Of a DNA stretch of 32,000 nucleotides, positions 8,581 to 20,039 are shown in pieces. Within the stretch, counting starts at the first letter, position 1. Every line of letters starts with the position of its first letter. Under the pieces are notes generated by a model that ran no database searches, was not told the origin of the DNA, and saw only the letters and a program-made list of their open reading frames with translations. The stretch is from NCBI RefSeq assembly GCF_001457615.1, contig NZ_LN831024.1, positions 4,950,001 to 4,982,000 of the forward strand, given 5' to 3'. The position numbers and the translations under genes are program-made. This stretch comes from Pseudomonas aeruginosa (GTDB lineage Bacteria > Pseudomonadota > Gammaproteobacteria > Pseudomonadales > Pseudomonadaceae).

Positions 8581-10365
8581 ATGACTCAGCAATCCTGGCG
8601 AGAGGCCCTGGTCGCCTACAAGTCTCCCGCCAGCCTGGCCCTCCTGCTGCTCGGCTTCGCCGCCGGCCTGCCGACCATGCTGGTGTTCAACACCCTGTCG
8701 GTGTGGCTGCGCGAAGCCGGCGTGGCGCGGGATACCATCGGTTTCGCCAGTTGGCTGGGGCTGGTGTACGCCTTCAAGTGGGTCTGGTCGCCGATGCTCG
8801 ACCAGTGGCGCCTGCCCTTCGTCGGCCGTCTCGGCCGGCGCCGTTCCTGGCTGGTGTTCTCGCAGGTGCTGATCGCCCTGGGACTGCTCGGCATGGCCCT
8901 GTGCAATCCGCAGAGCCACCTGCCCTGGCTGATCGGCCTGGCCCTGCTGGTGGCGTTCGCCTCCGCCACCCAGGACATCGCGATCGACGCCTACCGCCTG
9001 GAAATCGCCGAGGATAGCCGCCAGGCCGCCCTCGCTGCCTGCTACATGACCGGCTACCGCGCGGCGATCCTGCTGGCCAGCGCCGGCGCGCTGATTCTCG
9101 CCGAATGGTTCGGCTCCACCAGCCTCAACTACAGCCAGTCGGCCTGGGGCCTGACCTATGCGTTGTTCGCCCTGCTGATCCTGCCTGGGCTGGTCACCAG
9201 CCTGCTGATCCGCGAGCCGGCGGTGGACGTGCCGATCCACGTCAACCCGTCGCGTTTCGACTTCAACCACCAACTGCTCTCGGTGCTCCTGCTGCTGATC
9301 CTGCTGATCTCGCTGCCGGCGATGATCACCGCCCTCCTCGACCGCGCCTGGCCGCGCGCCGGCCTCTACGCGCTGCTCATGGGGATCTGCCTGTCGCCGT
9401 GGGGACGCCAGCAGATCCGCCCGGTCCGCGAACTGCTCGCCACCGTGCGCAGGCCGCTGCTGGTGGCGGCGCGCGGCAAGGAAGTGCCGCTGTTCGATTT
9501 CGTCCACCAGGCGGTCTCGGTGATGGTGCTGATCATCCTCCTCGTCACCGTCACCGCCATGTGCCGCGCCTACTACTCCGGCGCCTGGCCGCGCGGCACG
9601 CTGTTCCTGCTGATCGCCGCGTCCTGCCTGTCGGCACCCGGACGCCTGCTGATGGCCCCGGTGCTGACGCCGATCACCGAGTTCGTCCAGCGCTATCGCT
9701 GGCAGGCCCTGCTGCTGCTCGGCCTGATCTCCACCTATCGCCTGTCGGACACGGTGATGGGGGTGATGGCCGGGGTCTTCTACATCGACATGGGCTTCTC
9801 CAAGGAAGTCATCGCCAGTGTCAGCAAGGTCTTCGGCGTACTCATGACCCTGATCGGCGCCGCCGCCGGCGGGGTGCTGATCGCCCGCTTCAGCATCCTC
9901 TCCATCCTGTTCATCGGCGGTGCCGCTTCGGCTGCCACCAACCTGCTGTTCGCCATGCTCGCCCAGCTCGGCCCGCTGCACGCCGAGGCCCTGCCCAGCC
10001 ATGACGTGATCAGCCTGGTGATGGCGCTCGAGCCGCACGTGCTGATGCTGGTGATGACCATCACCCTCGACAACTTCAGCGGCGGCCTCGCCGCCTCGGC
10101 CTTCGTCGCCTACCTGTCGAGCCTGACCAACCTGAAGTTCTCCGCCACCCAGTACGCCATGCTCAGCTCGACCATGCTCCTGCTGCCGCGCTTCATCGGC
10201 GGCTACTCCGGAACCATGGTCGAGAGCCTCGGCTACGAGCACTTCTTCTACGTCACCGCGGTGATGGGCATTCCCACCCTGCTGCTGATCGGCTGGTTGT
10301 GGCTGCGCCGCGCGCCGTCCAGCGAGACGCCGGCGCCGGGACACCAGAACGCCGAGCAGCACTGA
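8581..10365 (+). CDS. ampG: AmpG muropeptide (anhydro-MurNAc-peptide) MFS permease
   Basis: ORF 8563..10365. ATG 8581 (MTQQSWREAL...) gives 594 aa, the size I recall for P. aeruginosa AmpG. MFS topology with a large central insertion. Confidence 0.9.
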   Translation: MTQQSWREALVAYKSPASLALLLLGFAAGLPTMLVFNTLSVWLREAGVARDTIGFASWLGLVYAFKWVWSPMLDQWRLPFVGRLGRRRSWLVFSQVLIALGLLGMALCNPQSHLPWLIGLALLVAFASATQDIAIDAYRLEIAEDSRQAALAACYMTGYRAAILLASAGALILAEWFGSTSLNYSQSAWGLTYALFALLILPGLVTSLLIREPAVDVPIHVNPSRFDFNHQLLSVLLLLILLISLPAMITALLDRAWPRAGLYALLMGICLSPWGRQQIRPVRELLATVRRPLLVAARGKEVPLFDFVHQAVSVMVLIILLVTVTAMCRAYYSGAWPRGTLFLLIAASCLSAPGRLLMAPVLTPITEFVQRYRWQALLLLGLISTYRLSDTVMGVMAGVFYIDMGFSKEVIASVSKVFGVLMTLIGAAAGGVLIARFSILSILFIGGAASAATNLLFAMLAQLGPLHAEALPSHDVISLVMALEPHVLMLVMTITLDNFSGGLAASAFVAYLSSLTNLKFSATQYAMLSSTMLLLPRFIGGYSGTMVESLGYEHFFYVTAVMGIPTLLLIGWLWLRRAPSSETPAPGHQNAEQH

Positions 10366-10375
10366 GGCGAGAATG

Positions 10376-10403
10376 AAAAAGGCCGGCATTCGCCGGCCTT
10401 TTT
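10376..10403. terminator. Bidirectional rho-independent terminator
   Basis: AAAAA-GGCCGGC-ATTC-GCCGGCC-TTTTT between convergent ampG and the MscS-family gene. Confidence 0.85.
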
Positions 10404-10420
10404 CGTGGATCGCACGGACC

Positions 10421-11257
10421 TCAGTCGGCCATCGCGCCCTGCACAACCTTGACCACCCGCTGCGGGAAGGGAATGCCGATACCTTCCTTGCCCAGCGCGT
10501 CGCGGGCCTTTTCGTTGAACATGAACATCACGTCCCAGTAGTCGGCGTTCTTCACCCAGACCCGCAGGGACAGGGTAATCGCGCTTTCGCCGAGATTGGA
10601 AACCACCGCCACCGGTGCCGGGTCCTTCAGAACCCGCGGATCGTCGGCCATGGCCAGGAGAATGTTCTGCGCATTCTTCAGATCGGCGTCGTAGTCGATG
10701 CCGACGTCGAAGATCACCTTGCGCAGCGGCTCGGCGGAGTAGTTGGTCACCGTTCCGTTGGACAGCGCCCCGTTGGGCACGATGATCCGCTTGTTGTCGC
10801 CGCTACGCAGCACGGTGTGGAAGATCAGGATCGAATCCACGGTGCCGGCCACGCCCTGTGCCTCGATCCAGTCGCCGACCTTGAACGGGCGGAACAGCAG
10901 GATCAGCACGCCGCCGGCGAAGTTAGCCAGGCTGCCCTGCAGGGCCAGGCCGATGGCCAGGCCGGCGGCGCCGATGGCGGCGACGAAGCTGGTGGTCTGG
11001 ATGCCGATCATGGAAGCCACGCTGACCACCAGCAGGATCTTCAGGACGATGCTCACCAGGCTGCCGACGAAGCCTTGCAGGGTGCGGTCGACGCTGCGCC
11101 TGGCGAGCAGGCCGCCGACCCGGCCGGTCAGGGTGTTGATCAGCCACCAGCCGATCGCCAGGGTCAGCAGCGCCAGGGCGACCTTGCCGCTGTACTCCAG
11201 CACGATCGGCAGCCAGGACTCGGTCTGCTGCACCAGTCGGTCGTAGTTCAATTCCAT
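10421..11257 (-). CDS. Small-conductance mechanosensitive channel (MscS family)
   Basis: 278-aa ORF with a GGAGG SD. The pore-helix region AAGLAIGLALQGSLANFAGGVLILLFRPFKVGD is the MscS signature. Confidence 0.9.
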   Translation of the reverse strand: MELNYDRLVQQTESWLPIVLEYSGKVALALLTLAIGWWLINTLTGRVGGLLARRSVDRTLQGFVGSLVSIVLKILLVVSVASMIGIQTTSFVAAIGAAGLAIGLALQGSLANFAGGVLILLFRPFKVGDWIEAQGVAGTVDSILIFHTVLRSGDNKRIIVPNGALSNGTVTNYSAEPLRKVIFDVGIDYDADLKNAQNILLAMADDPRVLKDPAPVAVVSNLGESAITLSLRVWVKNADYWDVMFMFNEKARDALGKEGIGIPFPQRVVKVVQGAMAD

Positions 11258-11489
11258 GCATTACCTCCATTTCTCGAAAAAACACCCCTCCCTTCCGCAA
11301 CGGAAACGGGACGGGCTTGCAGATTCCTGCCCGGACGCCGTGGGGCGACGTTTCCGGGCCTGGATACGAATCGGCGCAGCACGGACGAACCGACGCTGCG
11401 CCGACAGGGGCGGACAACGCGGGAGAGGTCGCGGCGGCGCTACTCCCTATTGCGATGCCCGGGATGGCGAGAGGTTCCGAAAAACCTCG

Positions 11490-14121
<2,632 letters not shown>

Positions 14122-14171
14122 AGCGCGTTACCCTGCCCGCCATTCCTTTTCGCCGCGGACCGCCAGAGCCC

Positions 14172-16268
14172 ATGAACCTGCGCCAGCGCCTCGACAACCT
14201 GCCCGTAGGGCAGAAACTGCTCGCCGCCCTGCTGATCCTGCTGGCTACCGTGCTGCTGGTGGCCAACCTGGCGTTCATCAGCGCCGCCTACTGGATTTCC
14301 CAGGAGAGCGTCGCCCCCCAGGCGATGCAGACCATCGGCCGGCTGATCGCCAACCCGGCGCTCAGCCAGCCGGCACTCAGTTCGCCGCAGACCGCCGAGG
14401 TCCTGCTGCGCCAGCTCAACGATTACCAGCCGTTGCGCGCCGCGGCCCTGTACGACAGCAATGGGCTGATGCTGGCCGACCTGCAACGCGGCGACACCCT
14501 CAAGCTGCCGGCCCGCCTGGACCGCCTGGAGCACTGGAGGCGCGGCGAGTACCGCCTCAATGCGCTGATCGAACTGCCCCAGGAAAACGCCCGCCCCGGC
14601 TACCTGCTGCTGGTGGCCAGCGGTGAACTGCCAAGCGCGTTCTACACCGGAACCCTCACCGCCAGCCTGGCGATCCTCGGCGTCAGCGTGCTGCTCTGGC
14701 TGCTGGTGGCGCAGCAGATACGCCGCCTGATCACCCGGCCGATCCGCGATCTCGAGGAACTGTCGCGGCAGGTCACCCGCGAGGAGAACTACGCCCTCCG
14801 CGCCCAGCGCGGCAACGGCGACGAGATCGGCCGCCTGGCCGACGCGTTCAACACCATGCTGACCCGCATCGAGGCCCGCGAGCAGCAGCTCAAGCGCGCC
14901 CGCGACGATGCCCAGGAAGCGGTCGAGCAGGCCCAGAGCCTGGCCGAGGAAACCCGCCGCTCGAACCGCAAGCTGGAACTGGAAGTGCAGGTGCGCAGCA
15001 AGATCGAGAAGAAGCTCACCGGTTTCCAGCACTACCTCAACAGCATCATCGACTCCATGCCTTCGGCGCTGATCGCGGTGGACGAGCAACTCTACGTCAC
15101 GCAGTGGAACCAGGAGGCCAGCCAGCTTTCCGGCACCAGCCTGGACGATGCGGTCAACCAGCCGGTGTTCCTCGCCTTTCCCTCGCTCAAGCCGTTCCTT
15201 CCGCAGCTCACCCGGGCTGCCGAGAAGCACAGCGTGGAGCGTGTCGAACGGGTCACCTGGGCGCTGATCGACACGCCACGCCACTACGCCCTGACCTTCT
15301 ACCCGCTGATGGGCGGCACCGGCCGCGGCGCGGTGATCCGCATCGACGACATCACCCAGCGGCTGAGCCTGGAAGAAGTGATGGTGCAATCGGAGAAGAT
15401 GCTCTCGGTCGGCAGCCTCGCCGCCGGCATGGCCCACGAGATCAACAACCCGCTCGGCGCGATCCTGCACAACGTGCAGAACATCAAGCGGCGCCTGTCC
15501 CCGGAGCTGGCGAAGAACGTCGAGCTGGCGGCCGAGGTCGGAGTGCCGCTGGAAGACATCAATCACTACCTCGATGGCCGCGACATCCCGCGCCTGCTGG
15601 AAGGCATCCAGCACGCCGGCTCGCGGGCAGCGAAGATCGTCACCCACATGCTCGCCTTCAGCCGCCGCAGCCACCGGCAGATGACCGCTTGCGAACTGCC
15701 CGCACTGCTCGAACAGGCGGTGGAAATCGCCGGTAACGACTTCGACCTGGCCGAAGGCTTCGACTTCAAGTCGTTGCAGATCGTCCACGAGTTCGACCCC
15801 AACCTCGGCCCGGTGCCGGTGATCGCCAACGAGGTCGAGCAGGTCCTGCTCAACCTGCTGAAGAACGCCGCCCAGGCCATCCACCAGCGCGACGACGAAG
15901 AGGAAGGCGAACAGGGCCGGATCGTCCTGCGCACGCGCCTGACGCCGCCCTGGGCGGAAGTCCAGGTGGAAGACAACGGCAGCGGCATGCCCGAACTGGT
16001 GCGCAAGCGTATCTTCGAGCCGTTCTTCACCACCAAGGAAGTCGGCCAGGGCACCGGTCTCGGCCTGTCCGTCTCGTATTTCATCATCACCAACAATCAC
16101 AAGGGCCAGATGGAAGTACGCTCGGAACTGGGCCGCGGCACCTGCTTCAGCATCCGCCTGCCGCTGGAAAGCTCCGAAGCGGTCGCCCCGGCACAAGCCA
16201 AGGCCCTGCCGCCCGCTCTGCCGCAACCCGGTAGCAGCCTGCGGCGGGGCGACGAAGAGGAAGGTTGA
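14172..16268 (+). CDS. Membrane sensor histidine kinase (2 TM periplasmic sensor, HAMP, coiled coil, PAS, HisKA, HATPase_c)
   Basis: Part of ORF 13746..16268; ATG 14172 ([30 protein letters not shown]). H-box [16 protein letters not shown]-box [12 protein letters not shown]1 DNGSGM, G2 GTGLGLS. Confidence 0.9.
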   Translation: MNLRQRLDNLPVGQKLLAALLILLATVLLVANLAFISAAYWISQESVAPQAMQTIGRLIANPALSQPALSSPQTAEVLLRQLNDYQPLRAAALYDSNGLMLADLQRGDTLKLPARLDRLEHWRRGEYRLNALIELPQENARPGYLLLVASGELPSAFYTGTLTASLAILGVSVLLWLLVAQQIRRLITRPIRDLEELSRQVTREENYALRAQRGNGDEIGRLADAFNTMLTRIEAREQQLKRARDDAQEAVEQAQSLAEETRRSNRKLELEVQVRSKIEKKLTGFQHYLNSIIDSMPSALIAVDEQLYVTQWNQEASQLSGTSLDDAVNQPVFLAFPSLKPFLPQLTRAAEKHSVERVERVTWALIDTPRHYALTFYPLMGGTGRGAVIRIDDITQRLSLEEVMVQSEKMLSVGSLAAGMAHEINNPLGAILHNVQNIKRRLSPELAKNVELAAEVGVPLEDINHYLDGRDIPRLLEGIQHAGSRAAKIVTHMLAFSRRSHRQMTACELPALLEQAVEIAGNDFDLAEGFDFKSLQIVHEFDPNLGPVPVIANEVEQVLLNLLKNAAQAIHQRDDEEEGEQGRIVLRTRLTPPWAEVQVEDNGSGMPELVRKRIFEPFFTTKEVGQGTGLGLSVSYFIITNNHKGQMEVRSELGRGTCFSIRLPLESSEAVAPAQAKALPPALPQPGSSLRRGDEEEG

Positions 16269-16272
16269 ATCC

Positions 16273-16851
16273 ATGGGCAATCGATTGTCGAAGATCTACA
16301 CCCGTACCGGCGACCGCGGCGAGACCGGCCTGGCCGGCGGACGCCGGGTGCCCAAGAGCCATCCACGCATCGAGGCGATCGGCGCGGTGGACGAATTGAA
16401 CAGCCAGTTGGGCCTGCTCCTTGCCGAGCTGCTGGAAGCGCGTGGCGCACATCCCGGCCTGGAGGAGATCGTCCAGGCGCTGGCGCCGGTGCAACACCGC
16501 CTGTTCGACCTCGGCGGGGAGCTGGCGATGCCGGAGTATCGGGCCCTGGACGAGACGGAAGTGGCACGCCTGGAAAGCTGCATCGACCGCTGGAACGACG
16601 AGCTGGGCCCGCTGAAGAATTTCATCCTCCCCGGCGGTTCCCGCCTGGTCGCCCAGGCCCATGTCTGCCGCAGCCTGGCGCGCAGCGCCGAACGGCGCTG
16701 CCAGGCGCTGGACCAGGAGGAAACGCTGGAGGGCGTCGGCCTGTGCTACCTGAACCGGCTCTCCGACCTGCTGTTCGTCGCCGCCCGCGCCATCGCCCGG
16801 CGCCAGGGCGTGGCGGAGATTCTCTGGGAGGCGGCGGCAAAACCGGACTGA
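16273..16851 (+). CDS. ATP:cob(I)alamin adenosyltransferase, PduO/MMAB type
   Basis: 192-aa ORF with KIYTRTGDRGETGL N-terminal motif. It starts 4 nt after the kinase stop, and its GAGGAAGG SD lies inside the kinase 3' end. Confidence 0.85.
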   Translation: MGNRLSKIYTRTGDRGETGLAGGRRVPKSHPRIEAIGAVDELNSQLGLLLAELLEARGAHPGLEEIVQALAPVQHRLFDLGGELAMPEYRALDETEVARLESCIDRWNDELGPLKNFILPGGSRLVAQAHVCRSLARSAERRCQALDQEETLEGVGLCYLNRLSDLLFVAARAIARRQGVAEILWEAAAKPD

Positions 16852-16879
16852 CGGCGAGCGAGGGCTCGGCATCGAGACG

Positions 16880-16908
16880 AAAAAAAGGAGGCTGAAGCCT
16901 CCTTTTTT
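16880..16908. terminator. Bidirectional rho-independent terminator
   Basis: AAAAAAA-GGAGGC-TGAA-GCCTCC-TTTTTT between convergent genes. Confidence 0.85.
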
Positions 16909-16921
16909 CTTCATTCCACCG

Positions 16922-17869
16922 TCAAAGGCCGCCCGGCCAGAACGCACGGATACCCGCCACGCCTTGGGCTCCATGCTCCCAAGCCTGCTCGGCTTGCTGC
17001 GGACCGAGGCCACCCAGCAGGTAGACCGGCTGGTTGAAGCCGGCGATCAGTTCGGCGGCCTTGTCCCAACCCAGCGCCGGCTCGCCGGGATGGCTCTCGG
17101 TCGGCTGTACCGGCGAAAGAGTGACGAACTCCACTCCCATCGAGGCAGCCAGGGCCAGTTCATCCGCGTCGTGGCAGGAGGCGGCCAGCAGGCGCCCTTC
17201 GGGGAACGGCCGACCGGCGCTGGCGTATTTGCGCAGTTGAGCGGAGGTCAGGTGCCAACCGGCAGCCGGGAAGTCGCCCAGCCACTCCAGCGGGCCTTTC
17301 AGCATCAGTTGCGCCTTGCCGGCGCAGAGTCCCTGGATATCGATGGCGAGATCGCGGTATTCGGGACTGAACATGTTCGGCGCGCGCAACTGGATCAGGC
17401 GGATGCCCGCCTCCACCGCCTTGCGTACGCCGCTGATCAGCTCGCCCGGCTCCAATCCGTCCGGGGTGATCAGGTAGTGCGCCGGCAGGCGCGCGGCCTG
17501 GACGATCGGCGCGTTGGCGGCGGGGAACTCGTAGTCGGCCAGCTCGCGCGGCTCCACCCAGGCCAGCGGTTGGCCCTCGGCGCCGTGGGCTTCGCCGGAA
17601 AACCCGTCGACCTCCCAGACATCGAGCAGGACGTGCTTGTCGGCATAGTCGTGCCGGACCTGGATCAGCGGCCGGGCCCGCTCGACACGGATGCCCAGTT
17701 CCTCTTCCAGCTCACGGGCCAACGCCGCGCGCACCGGCTCGCCGTCCTCCACCTTGCCCCCGGGAAACTCCCACAGGCCGCCCTGGTGCTTGTCTTCCGG
17801 CCGCCGGGCGATCAGCACCCGGCCATCGGAGCCACGAATCACGGCCGCGGCGACATGTACTCGTTTCAC
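16922..17869 (-). CDS. mutT: MutT-type Nudix hydrolase fused to a ThiE/TenI-like (TMP-TENI) domain
   Basis: 315-aa ORF with GTG start 17869 and a GAGGAG SD. Nudix box GGLWEFPGGKVEDGEPVRAALARELEEELGI. The C-terminal half (HYLITPDG...IQLRAPN...GVEFVTLSPVQPTESHPG...VYLLGGLG) resembles thiamine-phosphate synthase/TenI. Confidence 0.85.
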   Translation of the reverse strand: MKRVHVAAAVIRGSDGRVLIARRPEDKHQGGLWEFPGGKVEDGEPVRAALARELEEELGIRVERARPLIQVRHDYADKHVLLDVWEVDGFSGEAHGAEGQPLAWVEPRELADYEFPAANAPIVQAARLPAHYLITPDGLEPGELISGVRKAVEAGIRLIQLRAPNMFSPEYRDLAIDIQGLCAGKAQLMLKGPLEWLGDFPAAGWHLTSAQLRKYASAGRPFPEGRLLAASCHDADELALAASMGVEFVTLSPVQPTESHPGEPALGWDKAAELIAGFNQPVYLLGGLGPQQAEQAWEHGAQGVAGIRAFWPGGL

Positions 17870-17888
17870 GGATCATCTCCTCGCTACT

Positions 17889-17917
17889 GCCGTCACGCAC
17901 CGCAAGCGGCGGACGGC
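17889..17917 (-). other. GC-rich imperfect hairpin between the GST stop and the mutT SD (no U-tract)
   Basis: Minus strand GCCGTCCGCCGCTTGCGGTGCGTGACGGC. The outer 6 bp are perfect (GCCGTC/GACGGC) and the inner pairs have bulges. Function is unknown. Confidence 0.3.
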
Positions 17918-17919
17918 CA

Positions 17920-18555
17920 TCAACTACCGGCCTGCTCGCGCAATGCCGCGTCGTACCAGGCGCGGAACGCAGGCCACTGATAAATCGTCTCGACATAGGT
18001 CCGGGCGATATCCGGCAACTCCACCGCATAACTGCGGAAACGCGCCGCCACCGGTGCGTAGAACGCATCCGCCAGGCTGGCGTGGCCGAACAGGAACGGA
18101 CCGTCCTGGCCGAAGCGCCGCCGGCAATCCGCCCAGGCTTCGCAGATACGTTGAATATCCTGTCGTGTCGCCTCGGACAATTCCACCAATAGCTGCTGGC
18201 GCCGCAGGTCCATCGGCAGCTCGCCGCGCAACGCGGCGAAACCGCTGTGCATTTCCGCGCAAACCGAACGGGCCAGCGCCCGCGCCGCCTCGCCGCGCGG
18301 CCACAGGTGGGCCTCGGGGAAGCGCTCGGCGAGGTACTCGGCGATGGCCAGGGAATCCCAGATGTCGCCATCCTCGCTTTTCAGCAAGGGCACCTTGCCG
18401 GTCGGCGAATATTGCAGGATCCGCTCCCGGGTATCGGGCCGCCCCAGCGGGACGAGGATCTCGTCGAACGCCGCCCCGCTCATGCGCAGGGCCAGCCAGC
18501 CCCGCAGCGACCAGGACGAGTCATTGCGATTGCCAATCACGATGGTCAGGGCCAT
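17920..18555 (-). CDS. Glutathione S-transferase family protein
   Basis: Part of ORF 17920..18618; ATG 18555 (MALTIVIGNRNDSSWSLRGW...) with a GAGGAGAGG SD. Thioredoxin-like N-domain (KVPLL...SLAIAEYL) plus a helical C-domain. Confidence 0.8.
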   Translation of the reverse strand: MALTIVIGNRNDSSWSLRGWLALRMSGAAFDEILVPLGRPDTRERILQYSPTGKVPLLKSEDGDIWDSLAIAEYLAERFPEAHLWPRGEAARALARSVCAEMHSGFAALRGELPMDLRRQQLLVELSEATRQDIQRICEAWADCRRRFGQDGPFLFGHASLADAFYAPVAARFRSYAVELPDIARTYVETIYQWPAFRAWYDAALREQAGS

Positions 18556-18635
18556 GCGCCTCTCCTCTTCGGCCGCCCGACGCGGACGGCCATGCACCAG
18601 AGAACTTAAGAGGCGCACGGACCGATGGCAAATTC

Positions 18636-18664
18636 CCGATTTTCATCCATCGATGAAGGATCGG
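18636..18664 (-). terminator. Probable argJ terminator hairpin
   Basis: Minus strand CCGATCCTTCATCGATGGATGAAAATCGG. Two stacked stems total 11 bp, with a 4-nt loop. It lies 12 nt after the argJ stop and is followed by GAATTTG, a weak U-tract. Confidence 0.45.
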
Positions 18665-18675
18665 AATGCCTGGCT

Positions 18676-19893
18676 TCAGGTGCGGTACTCTGCGTTGATC
18701 TTCACGTATTCGTGGGACAGGTCGGTGGTCCAGATGGTCTCGCTGCAGGTGCCGCGTCCCAGTTCGATGCGGATGCCGATCTCGGCCTGGGCCATCACCG
18801 CCGCGCCCTGTTCCTCGGTGTAACTGGCCGCCCGGCCGCCACGGCTGGCGATACAGACGTCGCCAAGGAACACGTCGATCTTGCTCACGTCCAGATTGGC
18901 CACGCCGGCACGTCCGACCGCGGCGAGAATGCGTCCCCAGTTCGGGTCGGAGGCGAACAGCGCGGTCTTGATCAGCGGCGAGTGGGCCACGGCATAGCCG
19001 ACATCCAGGCACTCCTGGTGGGTGGCGCCGCCGTTGACCTGAACAGTGACGAACTTGGTCGCGCCCTCGCCGTCGCGAACGATGGCCTGGGCCAGCTCCA
19101 TGGAAACCTCCAGTACCGCTTGCTTCAACGCGGCGAACAGCGCGCCGCTGGCCTGGGTGACTTCCGGCAGCGCCGCGCGACCGGTGGCGATCAGCATGCA
19201 GCAGTCGTTGGTGGAGGTATCGCCGTCGATGGTGATGCGGTTGAAGGACTTGTTGGCGGCGTCGCGCAACAGATCCTGCAGCACGCCCTGGGCGACCTTG
19301 GCGTCGGTGGCGATATAACCGAGCATGGTCGCCATGTTCGGCTTGATCATCCCGGCGCCCTTGCTGATCCCGGTGACGGTCACGGTCACGCCATCGTGCA
19401 CGAACTGGCGGCTGGCGCCCTTGGGCAGGGTATCGGTGGTCATGATCCCCGCGGCAGCTTCGGCCCAGCGGTCCTCGGCCAGGTCGGCCAGGGCCGCAGG
19501 CAACGCCGCCTCGATCTTGGCCACCGGCAGGGGCTCGCCGATCACCCCGGTGGAATATGGCAGCACCGAAGTCTCGGCGACCCCGGCCAGTTCGGCGAGC
19601 TTGGCGCAGGTTTGCGCGGCGGCGGCGAGGCCGGCCTCGCCGGTACCGGCGTTGGCGTTGCCGGTATTGGTCAGCAGGTAGCGCACCTCACCGAGGAAAC
19701 GCTGTTTGGCCAGGGTCACCGGCGCGGCACAGAACGCGTTCAGGGTGAACACCCCGGCCACGCTGGAGCCTTCGGCGCAGCGCATGACCACCACGTCTTT
19801 GCGCCCCGGTCGCTTGATGCCGGCGGAAGCGATGCCGAGTTCGAAACCGGGGACCGGGTGCAGGGTGGACAGGGGGCCAAGACCGACAGCCAT
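18676..19893 (-). CDS. argJ: Bifunctional ornithine acetyltransferase / N-acetylglutamate synthase ArgJ
   Basis: Part of ORF 18676..20094. ATG 19893 ([20 protein letters not shown]...) with an AAGGAG SD gives 405 aa. Autoprocessing motif [15 protein letters not shown]. Confidence 0.95.
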   Translation of the reverse strand: MAVGLGPLSTLHPVPGFELGIASAGIKRPGRKDVVVMRCAEGSSVAGVFTLNAFCAAPVTLAKQRFLGEVRYLLTNTGNANAGTGEAGLAAAAQTCAKLAELAGVAETSVLPYSTGVIGEPLPVAKIEAALPAALADLAEDRWAEAAAGIMTTDTLPKGASRQFVHDGVTVTVTGISKGAGMIKPNMATMLGYIATDAKVAQGVLQDLLRDAANKSFNRITIDGDTSTNDCCMLIATGRAALPEVTQASGALFAALKQAVLEVSMELAQAIVRDGEGATKFVTVQVNGGATHQECLDVGYAVAHSPLIKTALFASDPNWGRILAAVGRAGVANLDVSKIDVFLGDVCIASRGGRAASYTEEQGAAVMAQAEIGIRIELGRGTCSETIWTTDLSHEYVKINAEYRT

Positions 19894-19980
19894 GGGAACG
19901 CGCTCCTTTACCAAACAGTGGACTCGATGCCGTCTGCGACGGCGTGACGGAAAACGCATCGGCGCCGGGCTGGCGCCAAT

Positions 19981-20020
19981 TCGAACAAACGCCGCGAGCG
20001 GCAGGACCGGTCGCGGCGTT
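19981..20020 (-). terminator. Probable secA terminator
   Basis: Minus strand AACGCCGCGA-N13-TCGCGGCGTT forms a 10-bp stem. It is followed by TGTTCGAATT and lies 20 nt after the secA stop. Confidence 0.5.
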
Positions 20021-20039
20021 GGTGAACCAGGCGGGAAGC

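Noticed and set aside
8320-10446. 708-aa minus-strand ORF; similar long ORFs at 2025..3326 (+), 14118..16280 (-), 6021..7121 (+), 7185..8135 (+), 25564..26778 (+), 26925..29306 (+) and 29855..31288 (+)
   Set aside because: All are antisense shadows of ampG, groEL, the sensor kinase, the DUF481 genes, ftsZ, ftsA/ftsQ/ddlB and murC. Their products are Arg/Gly/Ala/His-rich and lack domain signatures.
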